Source of the DNA: Phyllosticta citribraziliensis
Lineage: Eukaryota
NCBI RefSeq assembly: GCF_038025025.1
Contig: NW_027117348.1
Location: 806,001 to 870,000, forward strand
DNA length: 64,000 bases
Direction of reading: 5' to 3'
The position numbers and the translations under genes were made by a program. This document shows, piece after piece, positions 1 through 12,191 of the stretch. Within the stretch, counting starts at the first letter, position 1. Each line of letters starts with the position of its first letter. Below the pieces are notes generated by a model that had not been told where the DNA came from, did not search any database, and worked only from the letters and a program-made list of their open reading frames with translations.

Positions 1-44
1 CGTAGGGGAGAACCCCGCACACTAACGTCACATCTTGAGCAGCC

Positions 45-1644
45 TCAAGCAGACACGCCAGCTTGCGCCCCACCAAGCGACCGGCCTCCGTGAGGCTGTT
101 GCTGTTGCGCAACCACTTCGCGCGCGTAGAATTCGACAAGCATGGTCCCGTACGCTTCCATTTCCTCGAGCGGTACTGCAAGGCGAAAGTCATTGAGAAG
201 GAGGAATTGCAGTTCGAGGTGGTTGAGCTCGACCAAGGGCAGTCCACCGACCTGGACATGTGTCAGCTAATTTGCAACGCATTGCGCTCACCACGGGAAT
301 TCTTACCTTTGCGTATCGAGAGTTGGTGTAGAAGATGTCTGAGAAGAATTTGCTTGCGCAAGTGACGCCTGCAATCACCAAACGATGAATGTTGAAGCTG
401 TCAACGACAAAGAACTGAGACAGGCTGTACGGATCACATTCCAGAGGAGGGTCCATGTGCTGTGGAGGCGAGGGGGGTTGGTCCTCCTTCAAAGCAGTGT
501 CGCCAGGCTTAGGCGGCTTGCCCAGAGATCCTGATGGAGGTGGTGTTGCGGCTTGGACCTGATCCGGCCGACTAGGCGACGAGGTGCCGAGATTCGCGCC
601 GGACATGGAAACAGAGCTTTTCCGACTGGCATCACTGGAGCCGCCAGAGCGCTCGAGTGATTGCTGGTTGGTCTGACGCATGCTCTGAATGAGGCCAGAG
701 TTGACGCGCTCGGTCATGCGGTCAAAGTAGACGAGCAAGCTAAGAAAGACTTCGTAGGTGGTGGGACAATACTTGTGGATGCGGGTGAGGTAGCTGAGGA
801 TGGAGATTGTGGGAACATTCTTTCCGTGGAAGGCGAGGACGCTAGTCGTCTGCTGGCTGAGGCCCGATGTGCCCTCGGGCGGGGGAATCTGGCGATGCAG
901 GTGCTCATGCTGCCTGTCGTTGGTGGTGGTGATTTTGGTCAACAAGCCTGCCACCATCTCTATTATGTCGGAGACGGGCATTTCGCTGATCTCGTATTGC
1001 GGGCCGATGTCATTGGGATTCTGACGGGCGCGCCTGGCCGCACGTGTTTGCGAAAACGGACTCGACTCATCATTGGCAAAACTCTGAATGTGGGAGAGGC
1101 TCTTGACTTTTATTCGGTGGGGAGGTGGCAGCGCGGGCCCGGCAATGGACTGGAGGGATTGAGGCGAGGCCTGGACAGAGGAGGAGCTGGAATTGGAGAC
1201 GGCGGACTTTGCGATGGAGGAGGAGCTGCTGGGACCAGGTTGGATGGGAGTCTTTTCAGAGGATTGAGGTTTGAAGCGCGGACTGGGCGGAGGTTGCGGA
1301 GGCGCCTGGGCAGCGCCCGAGCCTTGGGGCGTCAGTCCAGGGCGAGCGGCCGAGGCGCGGTGCTGGTGTTGCAAGAGATGGTCGGATGCAGTAGATGGTG
1401 CAGGAGCGTGTGGAACGACGTCGGCCATGGGCGTGTCGAAGGGCTGAGAGGCGCGGGGCAAGTCGGATGAGGTGTTTTGGTCGGCGTGGAGAGGGTGTTG
1501 TTGCTGGGTTGGTCTGGCAGAGGACGATCTCTGGTGGGCAGCGGATTGAGGAGAGTCGTGTTGCTGGTGCGGGTTTGCACCGAACATGTTATTGAAGGGC
1601 TGAGGGAAGTGGTTGACCACGTCGCTGATCACGATGGATCCCAT
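45..1644 (-). CDS. Pho85-type cyclin (Pcl6/Pcl7-like, PHO80 cyclin family)
   Basis: Cyclin box VLAFHGKNVPTISILSYLTRIHKYCPTTYEVFLSLLVYFDRM...FNIHRLVIAGVTCASKFFSDIFYTNSRYAK|VGGLPLVELNHLELQFLLLNDFRL. Intron 306..252 (GTAAGA, branch GCTGAC, CAG) joins the two ORF-track pieces. Stop TGA at 47..45. Start placed at the first in-frame ATG (1644), uncertain; a possible 5'UTR intron donor GTGAGC lies near 1917. Confidence 0.88.
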
Positions 1645-1840
1645 ACCAGCGCGCTCGGGTCGTTGTGGTCTGTGGCTGTGGCGCAAGAAAAGACGAGAGG
1701 GACTCGGCCTTGGGACCTGACGGCGAACAAAGTGTCAACAGCGACAATCGAGAACGCTCGGTGGGGATGATGGAGGGTGGTGTGGGAGGAGAGGAGCGGT
1801 CAGCGGTCTGGACGACGCAGGGGGGGTCGAGTGGATTGCG

Positions 1841-1868
1841 CGAGCGAGCGAGCGAGCGAGCGAGCGAG
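1841..1868. repeat. (CGAG)7 microsatellite
   Basis: Read directly from the sequence. Confidence 0.9.
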
Positions 1869-2303
1869 GCGAGTGGAGACAACGGAAAGGTCAAAGCGAC
1901 AGACGGGGCACGCTCACCTCTTGCAAAACCAAGAATGGCGACCGGACACCACTACAGGACGACCTGGAGGCGACGGGCGGCGGATGAGGTGGACGAGGCA
2001 GAGGAGAAGGCGGCGACGGACAAGACAGGAGAGCGAGAAAGCGAAGAGAGGGCGGCCGAAGGCTTGGGTGCGGTGCAGTGCAGTGCAGTGGGTTCAGCAG
2101 AGTGTGGGCGCCGGGGCGTGGGATGGATGGCACTTGGGAGGGGAGGGCCGGGGATCCAGGGAGGGAGGGAGCCGCGTCGCCCGGACGCCTGGCCTAACCG
2201 CTAACCTGTGTGCCTAGCTGTGTATGCGGTGCGATTGCAAGCAGACAGGCAGAGTCAGTCGTCTTGCTCTGAGGTACGTGTAGTTATCCTGTCGACGACG
2301 ACG

Positions 2304-2324
2304 ATGATGATGATGATGATGATG
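2304..2324. repeat. (ATG)7 microsatellite
   Basis: Read directly; explains the poly-Met and poly-His runs in spurious ORFs. Confidence 0.9.
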
Positions 2325-2912
2325 TGGGCGGCGCCTCTTTTGTTTGAGCCTTGTTGGTCGGTTCCCATCTTTCCCTCCAGTCTGTACCACGCACACAGCT
2401 ACAGCTACAGTACAGTACGCGGCAAGCCCAGCCTTGGCTCCGCTCACGCTGATGCTGATGGGGCCTACGTTGTTTCTGACACAACCCTTTTTGTTGTTGT
2501 GACCTCCCTCTGCTCTACCTACATGTACCTGTACCTTAGTCTCCATCTAGTCGGTCGGACACTTTTGTTTATCCCGCATCACCCTCCCCCTCTGCATCCC
2601 TCGCCGGTGCATCAAGAGTCAGTCAGCTGCGGCCTCGTCTCCAGCCTGCTCCGGTTTTTCGCGCAACGGCGGCCGCCTTCTCGCCACGCCCGTCTTCCAT
2701 CTCCCAGGCCCAGTGCGCCACAGCCCAGTCCCACCTCATGTCAGACCCTTGCCCATGACGCCAGCGCCCCGACCCCGACCCCCATGCCCTGTCAACCATC
2801 ATACCTATGCCGTCACTCGCTGTCAAACATGCGCTACCGTGGAATGCTCTGCTGCCATCCATTGCCCTACTTGCCTCGTCTACATGTCGACGCCTCCAAC
2901 CCCGCCGCCGCT

Positions 2913-3821
2913 CTATGCTTTGTTCGGTCCAGGGCCCTCGTAGTTTTGGTCCGGCAAGTACAAATGCCGCACCGCGCCCTTGCCCGTCAGCACCACCATG
3001 CGAATCACACCACCAGAGCTTCCATCCCACTTGATGGCTTCCCGCAGCGAGCCCTTGACAAAGGCCACGCCCTCTTCCTCCGTCATGCCCTCCTTCCAGT
3101 TCGCGTCGCAGTATCCGTAAATGTACGTCGAGCCTGAGCCTGCAATCGCGTACGCCTGCTTGTGCAGCGATCCTCCGAGCGGAATCGAGTACACCTGTCC
3201 GCCGTGGCGTTCGTCGTAGCCGGCGACAATGATGCCCGCGCTGCGATTTGGTCAGCATCCACTGCCTGCTTGCTGTGCCAAGGCCCAACCCACCTGAGCA
3301 TGTCCTTGTTGTCGTAGCAAATCTCCTGGAAAAGCGCCGCCGCCGTCTGCGTCATTGGGCGCTCGTTGTTCATGATCTCGTACATTCCGAGGTAGTATTG
3401 GACAATGTCGGCCACGGCCTGCGTGTCGGCCGCCGAGCCTGAGCGGCAGCACCATATTGTGTCGTGCACCTGCGTGAGCTTGTCCGTGACGCGGTTGGCA
3501 ATGTATGCGCCCGTCGTGGTCCGGCTGTCGGCACCGAGGATGACGCCGTCCTTGAAGTTGATTGCCATGCTGGGGTCTGTGAGCTCGTGGGACGGGGGAA
3601 CTGCGTGCATGTTACGTACATGGAGGTTCCGAGGCTGGCGGCGTGGTTAGTCGGGGGTTCTCAGTGGATGCAGTGGTGGCTACTCACTTGACCTCGCCTT
3701 TCTTGAGGTGGTTCATGTCCAGGTGGATGCCATCTGAGCAGATGTTAGCTTGGGACTGGAGCTTGGAGGGTAGGCGGAGAGACAAGCCTTCGGCCAGCGC
3801 GCCCGTCGAGGTGGGAAACAT
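2913..3821 (-). CDS. PRE3: 20S proteasome catalytic subunit beta1
   Basis: Spliced product [64 protein letters not shown]...SGSAADTQ...[13 protein letters not shown]...DGSSGGVIR. Exons 3821-3788, 3733-3688, 3634-3620, 3569-3294, 3240-2913. Confidence 0.96.
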
Positions 3822-4438
3822 GATTGAGGGGGAAGGGTCGTGGTGGTGGTGGTGGCGAGGAGCAGAGGTCGGGTCGAGGGTGGTGAGGGTTGAGCGGTGA
3901 TGGAGAGAGATGGATGCTGTTGTGAGGTAGCTACAGGTAGGGTAGGTGCTGTATTGAGGTAGAGGTAGAGGTAGAGGTGTGGCTCGGACCAGGCACCACG
4001 CTCGCACGCGTACGGACCTACCAGAGAACAACCCAAGTCTTGGCGCGGCCCCCGGGCAAACGACGACACCGTCGATTCGATTTCCTCTCCCGTTGATCTG
4101 CACGGCATTTCCTCAACTCAACCTCCTGAACCTGAAAGCCTCCCACTCATCAGGCTCAGCCCTCACCCTCCGCCCCGGGCTCCACCCAAAGACACTGTCC
4201 ACCCATGTCTCTGTCTTAACCTTCCTTCCCTGCCTTCCCGCCTCCGCTCCGCATTCCTCACGCCCTCTGCTCTGCAGCAAACCCGCATGTCCGCTCGTCC
4301 ACATTCATGAAGTTTCCCCGGTCCCTCTTCCACTCGTCGTCGTCGTCGTCCGCGTCTTCGCAGTTGTCCCCGACCTCTAGCTCGCACTCGACTGCCTGCT
4401 CCGATCACATCCAGTCTGACTCGCTATCCACCTCCGCC

Positions 4439-5610
4439 ATGGACTCGTTCATCTCCTACCTGCGCTACCCTGTCCTCGCCTCGACGGGCGTCGCAACGCT
4501 GCTCAGTGGCCTTCTGTACTTCAAGCAGAAGTGGGTCCTTTCCGTTCGATGCCCGCTTACGCCATTGTTTCCAATTCACGAGACTCACGTTTCGCCCTGT
4601 GCTCACTACCTACACCGAACAATTCCACTGACCACTCCGCCCTTAGCGAAATCATATATCCCCGCAACATCCCCCCAGGCGCCCGGACTGACGTGCCCCG
4701 GCCTACCCAGTTTGGCATCACCGACTTCGAAGAGCTCATGATACCGACCCCCGACGGAGAGTCGCTGAGTGCCTTTTTCATCCGTCCTTCGAACAAGCAG
4801 TATGCCCGGAACATCACTGTCCTCATGTTCCACGGAAACGCTGGCAACATTGGATACAGATTGCCCATTGCCAAAATCCTAGAGCATGAATTGGGTTGCA
4901 ACGTCTTGATGCTACAATACCGCGGATATGGGCTCTCCACCGGCACTCCAAATGAAAAGGGCTTGACAATCGACGCCCAGACGGGCCTGGACTACATTCG
5001 AGAGCGCGCCGAGCTGCGCGGAACCAAAATCATTCTCTATGGCCAAAGTCTTGGAGGTGCTGTGAGCATTGGATTGGCTGCCAAGAACCAAAAGGACGGT
5101 GACATTGCTGGCATGGTTCTGGAAAACACGTTCCTGAGCATCAGGAAGCTGATTCCAAGGTATAAATACATTGTCTCGAAGCCAACACTTGTGAAGCTAA
5201 CGGAACCAGCGCCTTCCCACCTGCCAAGTTTCTTGCCCCTTTGTGCCATCAAATATGGCCGAGCGAGGATTTGCTCCCGCAAATTCAGAACATTCCCATC
5301 CTGTTTCTGAGCGGGCTGAAGGATGAGATTGTTCCGTGAGTGACTTGCCTGTTTGAACCGTCTCCATTTACTGACGTGATCCCTCAGACCATCACACATG
5401 TCCAAGTTGTTTGACATTTGCGTGTCAAGAGGCAAGGTGTGGCGCGAGTTCTCCAATGGAAGCCACAATGACACAGTAGCCGAGCCCCTGTACTTTGAGT
5501 ACATTGAAGAATTCTTGCGCGGTCAAGTCATCAACCGTGATCCGGGCCCGCCAAAGAGCCCGAGTGCCACTGCAAAACAAGACGCTGGAAAGAAGGACAA
5601 GCAAAGCTAA
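4439..5610 (+). CDS. bem46: Bem46/ABHD13-family alpha/beta hydrolase
   Basis: N-terminal membrane anchor (LLSGLLYFKQ), FHGNAGN, YRGYGLS, nucleophile motif GQSLGG, LENTFLSI, GLKDEIVP, GSHNDT. Introns 4531-4646, 5160-5209 and 5336-5387 are GT-AG and restore the frame. Confidence 0.92.
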
Positions 5611-6474
5611 TTTCTAATGCCTCACCATCGACTTCTTTGTTCATATTCCATCACTGGGCGCTGTGCGCACTTTTCAGCAGCACAATCAGATACGCCAAAA
5701 AAAACCAAAGGATGCAGATCCGCCGACTGGGCCTCGCTGGCTCCAAGCTGCGCCACGGCACGAATCGGCCGTTCTCCTGATTCTGATCTTCAGCGAAGAT
5801 CTTCTCTTATCAACGTCGATTCCACATGGATCGACCGCACCCACCACGCCTTTTTGGCAGATACAACAAGGTGCGCGTGCCCTTGCGCGTGAGGGCCGTC
5901 GTATCTTATAAGATGGGGAAAAAACGAAATATCCTCAGAAGTAGAGCTGGACCCATATTGGGTCAACAAAGTCTGCATGCAGACCCGGGCGGGCGTCGCC
6001 GAGCGAGCCTTTCCTTCTCGGCCAAGTGCGGGCACGACGAGAAGACGCGGAGGGAGCGGTTTGCCGAATGCGAGGGATTCCTTTTATCCAAGTCTCGCAG
6101 GCCGCGAGCAGGGGAAATACAATGGAGCAGATACCCAAAGCGCGAAATTTATCGACCGGGAGGCGAAGGGGGCGTTCAATTCTGGGACTGGCGAAGACGG
6201 GCAATTTCCTACACATCTCTTTCTACGGTCACGGGTCTCTTTTCCTTAATCACCAGGCGCGTTGACGGATCAAAAGGCGGTAATTACTTGACTCGAATTT
6301 TGGGAGGTCGTTCAGGTCGGTCGGTTACTTACGGCCAGGCCAGACCAGCTCAGCTGGCTTGCTGGTCATTAATCTATTACCTCTCCTTGTCGTTTTGCGA
6401 ACTATGCAAACCCACTTACCTTTCTCTCCTTTGTCACCCATATCCACCATGAATCTGCCCTTATTTACCTTGCC

Positions 6475-7095
6475 TCACCGAACAAACACACCTCCCAGCC
6501 TATCCCCGGCGCCAACAGCGACGCCGCATCTCCCCGCCGCGCGCAGCACGCCCACCACCGCCTCGGATCCAACGCTGTACCCCGTCTTGGCCCAGCGCGC
6601 ATTCATCCACGCGGCCAGCGCGTCGGCGGAGCCGCAGAAGTCGCGCCCGTCGTATTCGCGCACCAGCAGTTGCTGGATCGGTGGCGGTACGGCTGCCGCG
6701 AGGCTCGCCGTGGGAGGGGCAGGAGGAGAGGCAGAGGTAGAGGTTGGGATAGGGAGAGGAGTGAACGAAGCGGAGGGCTTCTTTTGGGTCTTCTTTTGCT
6801 TTTGCTTCTTGGTTAGGCGGGTGCTTTCCCCCTTACCTTTGGCCTTACCTTTGGACGACTTGCTCTTGGACTTTGTCTTGGACGATTTGCCCTTCGTCTG
6901 GACCTCGCCTTTATCGCCAGCCTGTTGTCCCTGCTTCGATGAAGAGCAAGGCTTGCCGTCGGTCGTTGTCACGACGGCGCCTGGAGCCAGACCCTGTCGC
7001 GCCAGCGACGTGCTGACGTACATGAGTTCGGAGAGGGAGAGGCGACGCGCGGCTGAAGGTTGTGAGCTGGACTGCACTTGCTGTGGACTTACCAT
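6475..7095 (-). CDS. Hypothetical Lys-rich protein (206 aa)
   Basis: ATG-initiated ORF with a K/S-rich middle, a Pro/Ala linker and a small apparently folded C-terminus (REYDGRDFCGSADALAAWMNARW). No family recognised. Confidence 0.4.
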   Translation of the reverse strand: MVSPQQVQSSSQPSAARRLSLSELMYVSTSLARQGLAPGAVVTTTDGKPCSSSKQGQQAGDKGEVQTKGKSSKTKSKSKSSKGKAKGKGESTRLTKKQKQKKTQKKPSASFTPLPIPTSTSASPPAPPTASLAAAVPPPIQQLLVREYDGRDFCGSADALAAWMNARWAKTGYSVGSEAVVGVLRAAGRCGVAVGAGDRLGGVFVR

Positions 7096-7715
7096 GTTTG
7101 CTGCCTTGGTTTTCCAACGACTTCTCGACGTTTTCTGTGGGAGTCACGGGTTCGTTTTCTGAACGTGGGGGGGTTTGGGGTGGCGGGTGTTCGGGAGTGA
7201 TGGACGTACAACTCAGCAGATGAAGAGGCTCTCGCGCTGCGAGAACGAGTCCAAGTGTGCGTGGTGCGGTCGGGAAAGGGGCTGAGTTGGTTGGACTGCA
7301 GACTGGACTGGTGGTGTGGGGAAAGTCGGGGTAGATATAGTGACTGCAGAGGACGAGTGAGGATGGGAGAACGAGTAGACATTGTTTCCTTGGGTGAGGA
7401 GGGAAACAATGGGACAAAGAGACTTGCCCAGAGTTAGCAATGCCGAGTCTCATAGAGACAAAGAAGCGCGGAGAGAAGGAGTGAGGGGTTCGCGGCAGGA
7501 TGATAAGCAGACAAAGAGAACGGCAGGTGATGGATGCTTAAAGTTTGAACGTGCTTGATTGGATATTTTGGCACACAATGTGAGTAGCTGGTGAAAACAG
7601 TAAGAAGCTTTGCCATGATCGATGATGCAACGGTAACAAGTATCGTGAAATTTCAAAGAAAAAAGATGATTTGACCACCAACGCCTCGCTGTGCAAAATG
7701 CGACCCCTCGACCGG

Positions 7716-8875
7716 CTATGCCTGGCTTTTGACCATGAAAATCTGCCCCATGTCAGCATACCAGACTCGAAAGTGCTGGAGTGGTGGCAACTCACCTCTT
7801 TGAGTGCCTGCGTATCCATAGATGCCATCTTCTTTTGCCGAATGTACCGCTGGCGGACCGCCAGGCGGTTGCCAGCAAACGCGACTCCCCCAGTCTTTGC
7901 AGCTGCAGTAGAGTCCTTCGCCGGCACATCGGCTTCCGACTCTGAAGACGAGCTGCTGTCCGACTCTGCATCCTTCTTGGCCTTGTCCTGCTTGCGCTTC
8001 TCCTTTTCCAATCTTCTTGCTTTCTTCTTTGCTCGCTTCTCGGCCTTGAGCGCCTTCTTGGCCTCTTTTCTTGCCTTTTTGTCTTCGCTCTCCTTGTTCT
8101 TGTCCTTTCTCTCAGTCGCCGACGTGTTTTCGCTCTCTGATGACAGCGCCTTGTCTTTTGATTTTGACCTTTTCGACTTCTTGGACTTGGCCTTCTTCTT
8201 TGATTCCTCCTCGCTATCGTCTGGGCTGGAAGTAGCGGAATATTCAGCCTTGAGATCAGACTTTCTGTTCTTCTTCTTCAGCTTGGGGGCCTCTTCGTCG
8301 TCGCCAGAGCGCTTGCGCTTCTTTTCCGGCTTTCCATCTTCGCTCGGGCTGATGCCGGCTTGCGATTTGGAAGTCTTGTCGGCGACGACATTCTTCTTCA
8401 GGTCCTCAATCTTGTCGCCAACCAGGTAGCCGCCAAAGACAAATTGCGTGCCACTGCCCCCGTAAAGCCTGGATTCCAACCTCTTGCGCGCGGCCGACTC
8501 GGTCTTGAGCTCTGCGTCGCTCTTCCCGTTCAAGCGCCCGAGGACTCCCTGAAACAAGCTCAGGCCAAAGTTGTCATTTTCTGCGCTGCCCTTCTTCCTG
8601 CCGAGCCCCAGAGTGTCGTCCTTGATCTGGACTCGAATATGCGAAGCGTTGGCAGCGGTGTAGTGCCCCGAGTGGTTGGCGTCTTTAGCGCCGAGGAATT
8701 CTCCCGGAGTCCATCCTTGCTTGGTGAGAATCTTGTGGCCGAAGCGGTCGGTGTTCTTGCTCCAGGTGGTGTTGTTCGGGTCGGCCGAAATCTTGAAGCG
8801 GCTTAAATGGGATTAGTCAGGGTCTCATCTGACCAACGATATGGCCACTCACTTCTTTGGTGCTGCCAGACCCAT
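7716..8875 (-). CDS. PXR1: G-patch protein Pxr1/Gno1/PinX1 (rRNA processing, Prp43 cofactor)
   Basis: MGLAAPKN RFKISADPNNTTWSKNTDRFGHKILTKQGWTPGEFLG...IKDDTLGLG (G-patch), KKE/D-rich tail, C-terminal DTQALKE|IFMVKSQA. Introns 8852..8802 and 7795..7743. Confidence 0.93.
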
Positions 8876-9050
8876 GGCGAACAAGAAGACGGCGCTGCTG
8901 CGAGGATGTGGAGTTGGGGTATCAAGAGATGCGGAGAACCAAAATTTTGGCAGCAGCAATGCGCCCGCCCAGAACGGAACGGGATCGGCCTTGCGCTGGC
9001 GACGGACTAACTGTAACCCCGTTCCGACAGACCTTCGCCCGGGCCGGCGG

Positions 9051-9056
9051 ACGCGT
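9051..9056. promoter_or_regulatory. MCB-like box (ACGCGT) in the short divergent promoter between PXR1 and the coiled-coil gene
   Basis: Exact ACGCGT plus nearby CGCG cores (about 9069-9078). A hexamer in GC-rich DNA can be chance. Confidence 0.3.
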
Positions 9057-9141
9057 CTTACCGACTTGCGCGTCGCGTCATCTCACAGGTGCATCGCACC
9101 TCCAGTGTCACGGCTCATCGAGCCTCTGTCCATCCATCGTC

Positions 9142-9796
9142 ATGTCTCAACGCCGGTCTGTTACCAAGTACGCGCAACAGTGCGGCGTCTCGCCATCCAG
9201 CTCGCGACCCGAAACTGGAACTCGCGCAGATTCGCAGGCCTCAGAGTCGCCAGACATCAGACTCCTCATGGACAAGATGCTCGATGATGTAAGTCCAATG
9301 TTGGACTTGCAATTTCGCTCCTGGCGACGTGTGATTCTGAAACAATGACGAGCCGGCCTGACCTACTAGCATCCGCTACATTGGCGACATCGACTGCTCC
9401 TGATGAGCTTGCAAAGATGCCTCTTGGTCCGTACTTACCAGTGTGAACATAGTCCAAGAAGCGCAAGCAAGCCAAACGCCAGGCGCTGCAAAACGACTAT
9501 GCCAAGCGTGCTCAGAAAGTCAGCAACGACATCAAGGCCGCCATTGACGAGCACGAAAAGCAAAGGTAAATGAGGCAACGATGGTGGCTTTGCGCATGCG
9601 GCTAAATCATCTAATCAGCTTGACCAGGCAGGCAGAGCAAAAGCAACAGGTCGCCAGGCTCATTGAGCTTCTCAAGAAGCGGGACGATATTGAGCGGCGC
9701 ATCCAGAAAAGCGTCAAAAAGCTGGATGCCGAATACTCTGCATGCCTCGATGAACTCCTGACGGTGTTGGATGACAAGGCCGCGGAGCTCGATTGA
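9142..9796 (+). CDS. Small multi-exon coiled-coil protein of unknown function
   Basis: ATG at 9142, donor GTAAGT near 9289, then SKKRKQAKRQALQNDYAKRAQKVSNDIKAAIDEHEKQ, an intron (GTAAAT...CTAATCAG), then SLTRQAEQKQQVARLIELLKKRDDIERRIQKSVKKLDAEYSACLDELLTVLDDKAAELD*. The first acceptor (9452) is tentative. Confidence 0.6.
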
Positions 9797-12155
9797 TCAG
9801 AAGCAAGCGACGATGACAAATGGAGGGGTCGGGCGCACATGGGCAACGATCCCCACCGGTTGAGGTTATGCAGATTTGCGGTGGGCAACACGAATCCTCT
9901 GCCCATCAGGCGTTCAAGGAAGCATCCAACCGACGTTTGGGGCAAGGAACTGCAGGGGAGGGACACATGCAGGCGCCTTGGTTTGCCTTTGGCGGATCGA
10001 CGCCCCACGGCATCCCATCATTTTGCTGGTGGATGTTCCCAGGTCCCTGGTCGAGGAGCGACGGGCGGTTACATGTATGCAGGATGGCAAATGTCAAAAA
10101 CCAAAGACAGGTCGTTGCAGCGGTGCCGTGAGAAGCGTCTGTGCTTGTAGGATGAGGGTGCCACAGTGGCGCATCTCCAGGCTTTTACGAGGCGGCATTT
10201 GCAAGAGGCATTGATCGACCGACTCGGCAGGTTGATCTCAACGGCATTTCGTTTGGGCAGCCTTGCATCCATCTGCGAGTCCTAACTGGACGTGGAAGGC
10301 GGCGGCGGAGCAACCGCCGCCGGGCCACCCGTGCTCCAGACCAGAGCATTGAGTCGATTCAAGAGGAAGAAGCGCAGTGTGTCGGTTTCGGTGGTGCAGA
10401 ATGCTTCCTTGTATCCGGACGCACGGAAGCGCGGGTTTGGGAGGTCTGAGAGGGTGTGTGAGGGTTGTGTAGCGGCGGCCCCGGGGAGGGATGGGTGGAT
10501 GGAGCAACAGAGGCGGCCCCTGCCCATGCGCTTTCACATGGGATTGTTGACTTTGGCCATGTCCGCAGTGGTCGGTGAGCTGTCCAGTGTCCATGTCGCT
10601 GACAACCGAACCTAAGCAGCAAAAGGTTTTTTCCATGCGTTGCGCGCCGGCGCCGGGCCCCGCAACGAGGCCGTCCGTCGGCCCTGCCTCGGGATCCACA
10701 TCCACACTCACTGACCCTGACCGACCCGCGGCGGAGTGGACGCCACACCGGACCACACCTCACCTCTTCCTTCACCTCGACCACTCTCTCCAATCTTTGC
10801 CCCGGTCGTCGTCGTCGTCGTCGTCGTCCTCGTCGCCGAGCCAAAATCCCAACCAAGCACCGCCAAGTCCCAAAATTTTATCAATGCCAAAGCTACCTAC
10901 TGCCTACAGTACGTGCGCCACTCGCAGGCAGCAGATCAATCGAATCAACAAACAAGGGCCCGGCGCTGTCAGCCATCCAATGTTCTTTTGCCCCCCTCGC
11001 CGTTGACTGCAGGTCGTGCAGCCTGCAACCTCGTGCCCGCCCCGCTGGGATACTGCTGCTGCTGTCGTCGTCTAGAACCGCCGCGTTACACGCCTGCCGC
11101 CCCGTCATGCCACACGCATGCTGCTAGGTACATCGCTTGCTTGAGTGGTCGGCTGATGTGGCGCTCGAGGGAGCAACCGCTGTTCAACTGTCTCGTCCTG
11201 GAAATCTTTGTTGCAAATTCCAAAGAGAAAGTCAGACTGCGTCAGGGTCTGCCTTGTGCCTCGAAGGGAAACATGTCGTCCGATTGCATACTGTCCATGG
11301 ACAGCCAGGCATATGCTTCCACCGAGGCTCCAGTCGCTCTTCACTTCATCAGGACATCATTCGAGACAAAACACGCCCATCACAATCGTCTTGCGCAATC
11401 CAACCAGGTCCTCGTCGACCCTAGCTCTTGACAATCGTACAGTGCACAGCCAGTGCCGTGCCGACCATGCCTCGCCTCGGTCAGACCCGACATTCAGCGC
11501 ATCCACTCGGCGGGGTCCGTTCTCTCGTCCGGGCAGGCAAGCGAGCGAGCTGTGTTCGAGCAAGCAAGCCAGCCCACGCCCACCTCCCAGGAAGACAAGA
11601 GAAGGCGGCGCGAGGACGCACTGAGCGCATTCAAGCCGGAGAGGCATCAGACCGAGAGCCTAACGAGTAGACCAGTGGATCGTTTGGGCCACCGTTCGCC
11701 TATGCGCTGGCTGGCATTCTCTTTTGCGAGAGCGAGAAAGTGAGGCGCCACGCCCGCCACTTCGTCATGCTCTGACCCCAGGCAGTGCCACTCAAAGCTC
11801 GCCCCTCCCGCGGAGTCCACAAAATCAAATTTCCAACAAGTGGTTCTGCTTCGCTTTTCCCTGCTGCCGCCGCTGCTGTGCGTCTTCATACGTGTACACT
11901 TTGGATAGTGGCGGTGCCTGTCGAGACCCTTGCCCCGAGTAGGCACACTGACCGACTGTTCAAGCCGGTCTCTCCGGTTGCGGCTCTTGTCCGGCCATCT
12001 GGCTTGTTCGTCGCCCGGGTGGGGGCCCTGGATTTTTGTTGGCCGCCCGCTGACTTCCGTGTCCCATCACTGATTGCGGCCAGCCAATGGTGGGTTGCTG
12101 ATCTGTCGGGGGGATGGGAAGGGGGGCTTGCTCGCCCGGCATGCCGGAGGTGGCT

Positions 12156-12191
12156 CAGCAGCAGCAGCAGCAGCAGAAGCAGCAGCAGCAG
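12156..12191. repeat. Interrupted (CAG)n microsatellite
   Basis: Read directly; intergenic or 3'UTR location. Confidence 0.85.

Noticed and set aside
661..1470. 269-aa plus-strand ORF and similar antisense ORFs (7671-8429, 20917-21861, 28288-28980, 33514-34596)
   Set aside because: Shadows of real genes on the opposite strand in GC-rich coding DNA; no recognisable motifs.
2208..3137. 309-aa ORF with poly-Met
   Set aside because: Driven by the (ATG)n microsatellite and overlaps the PRE3 3' end in antisense.
5617..6452. Possible small gene downstream of bem46
   Set aside because: No motif, splice pattern or consistent frame could be supported.
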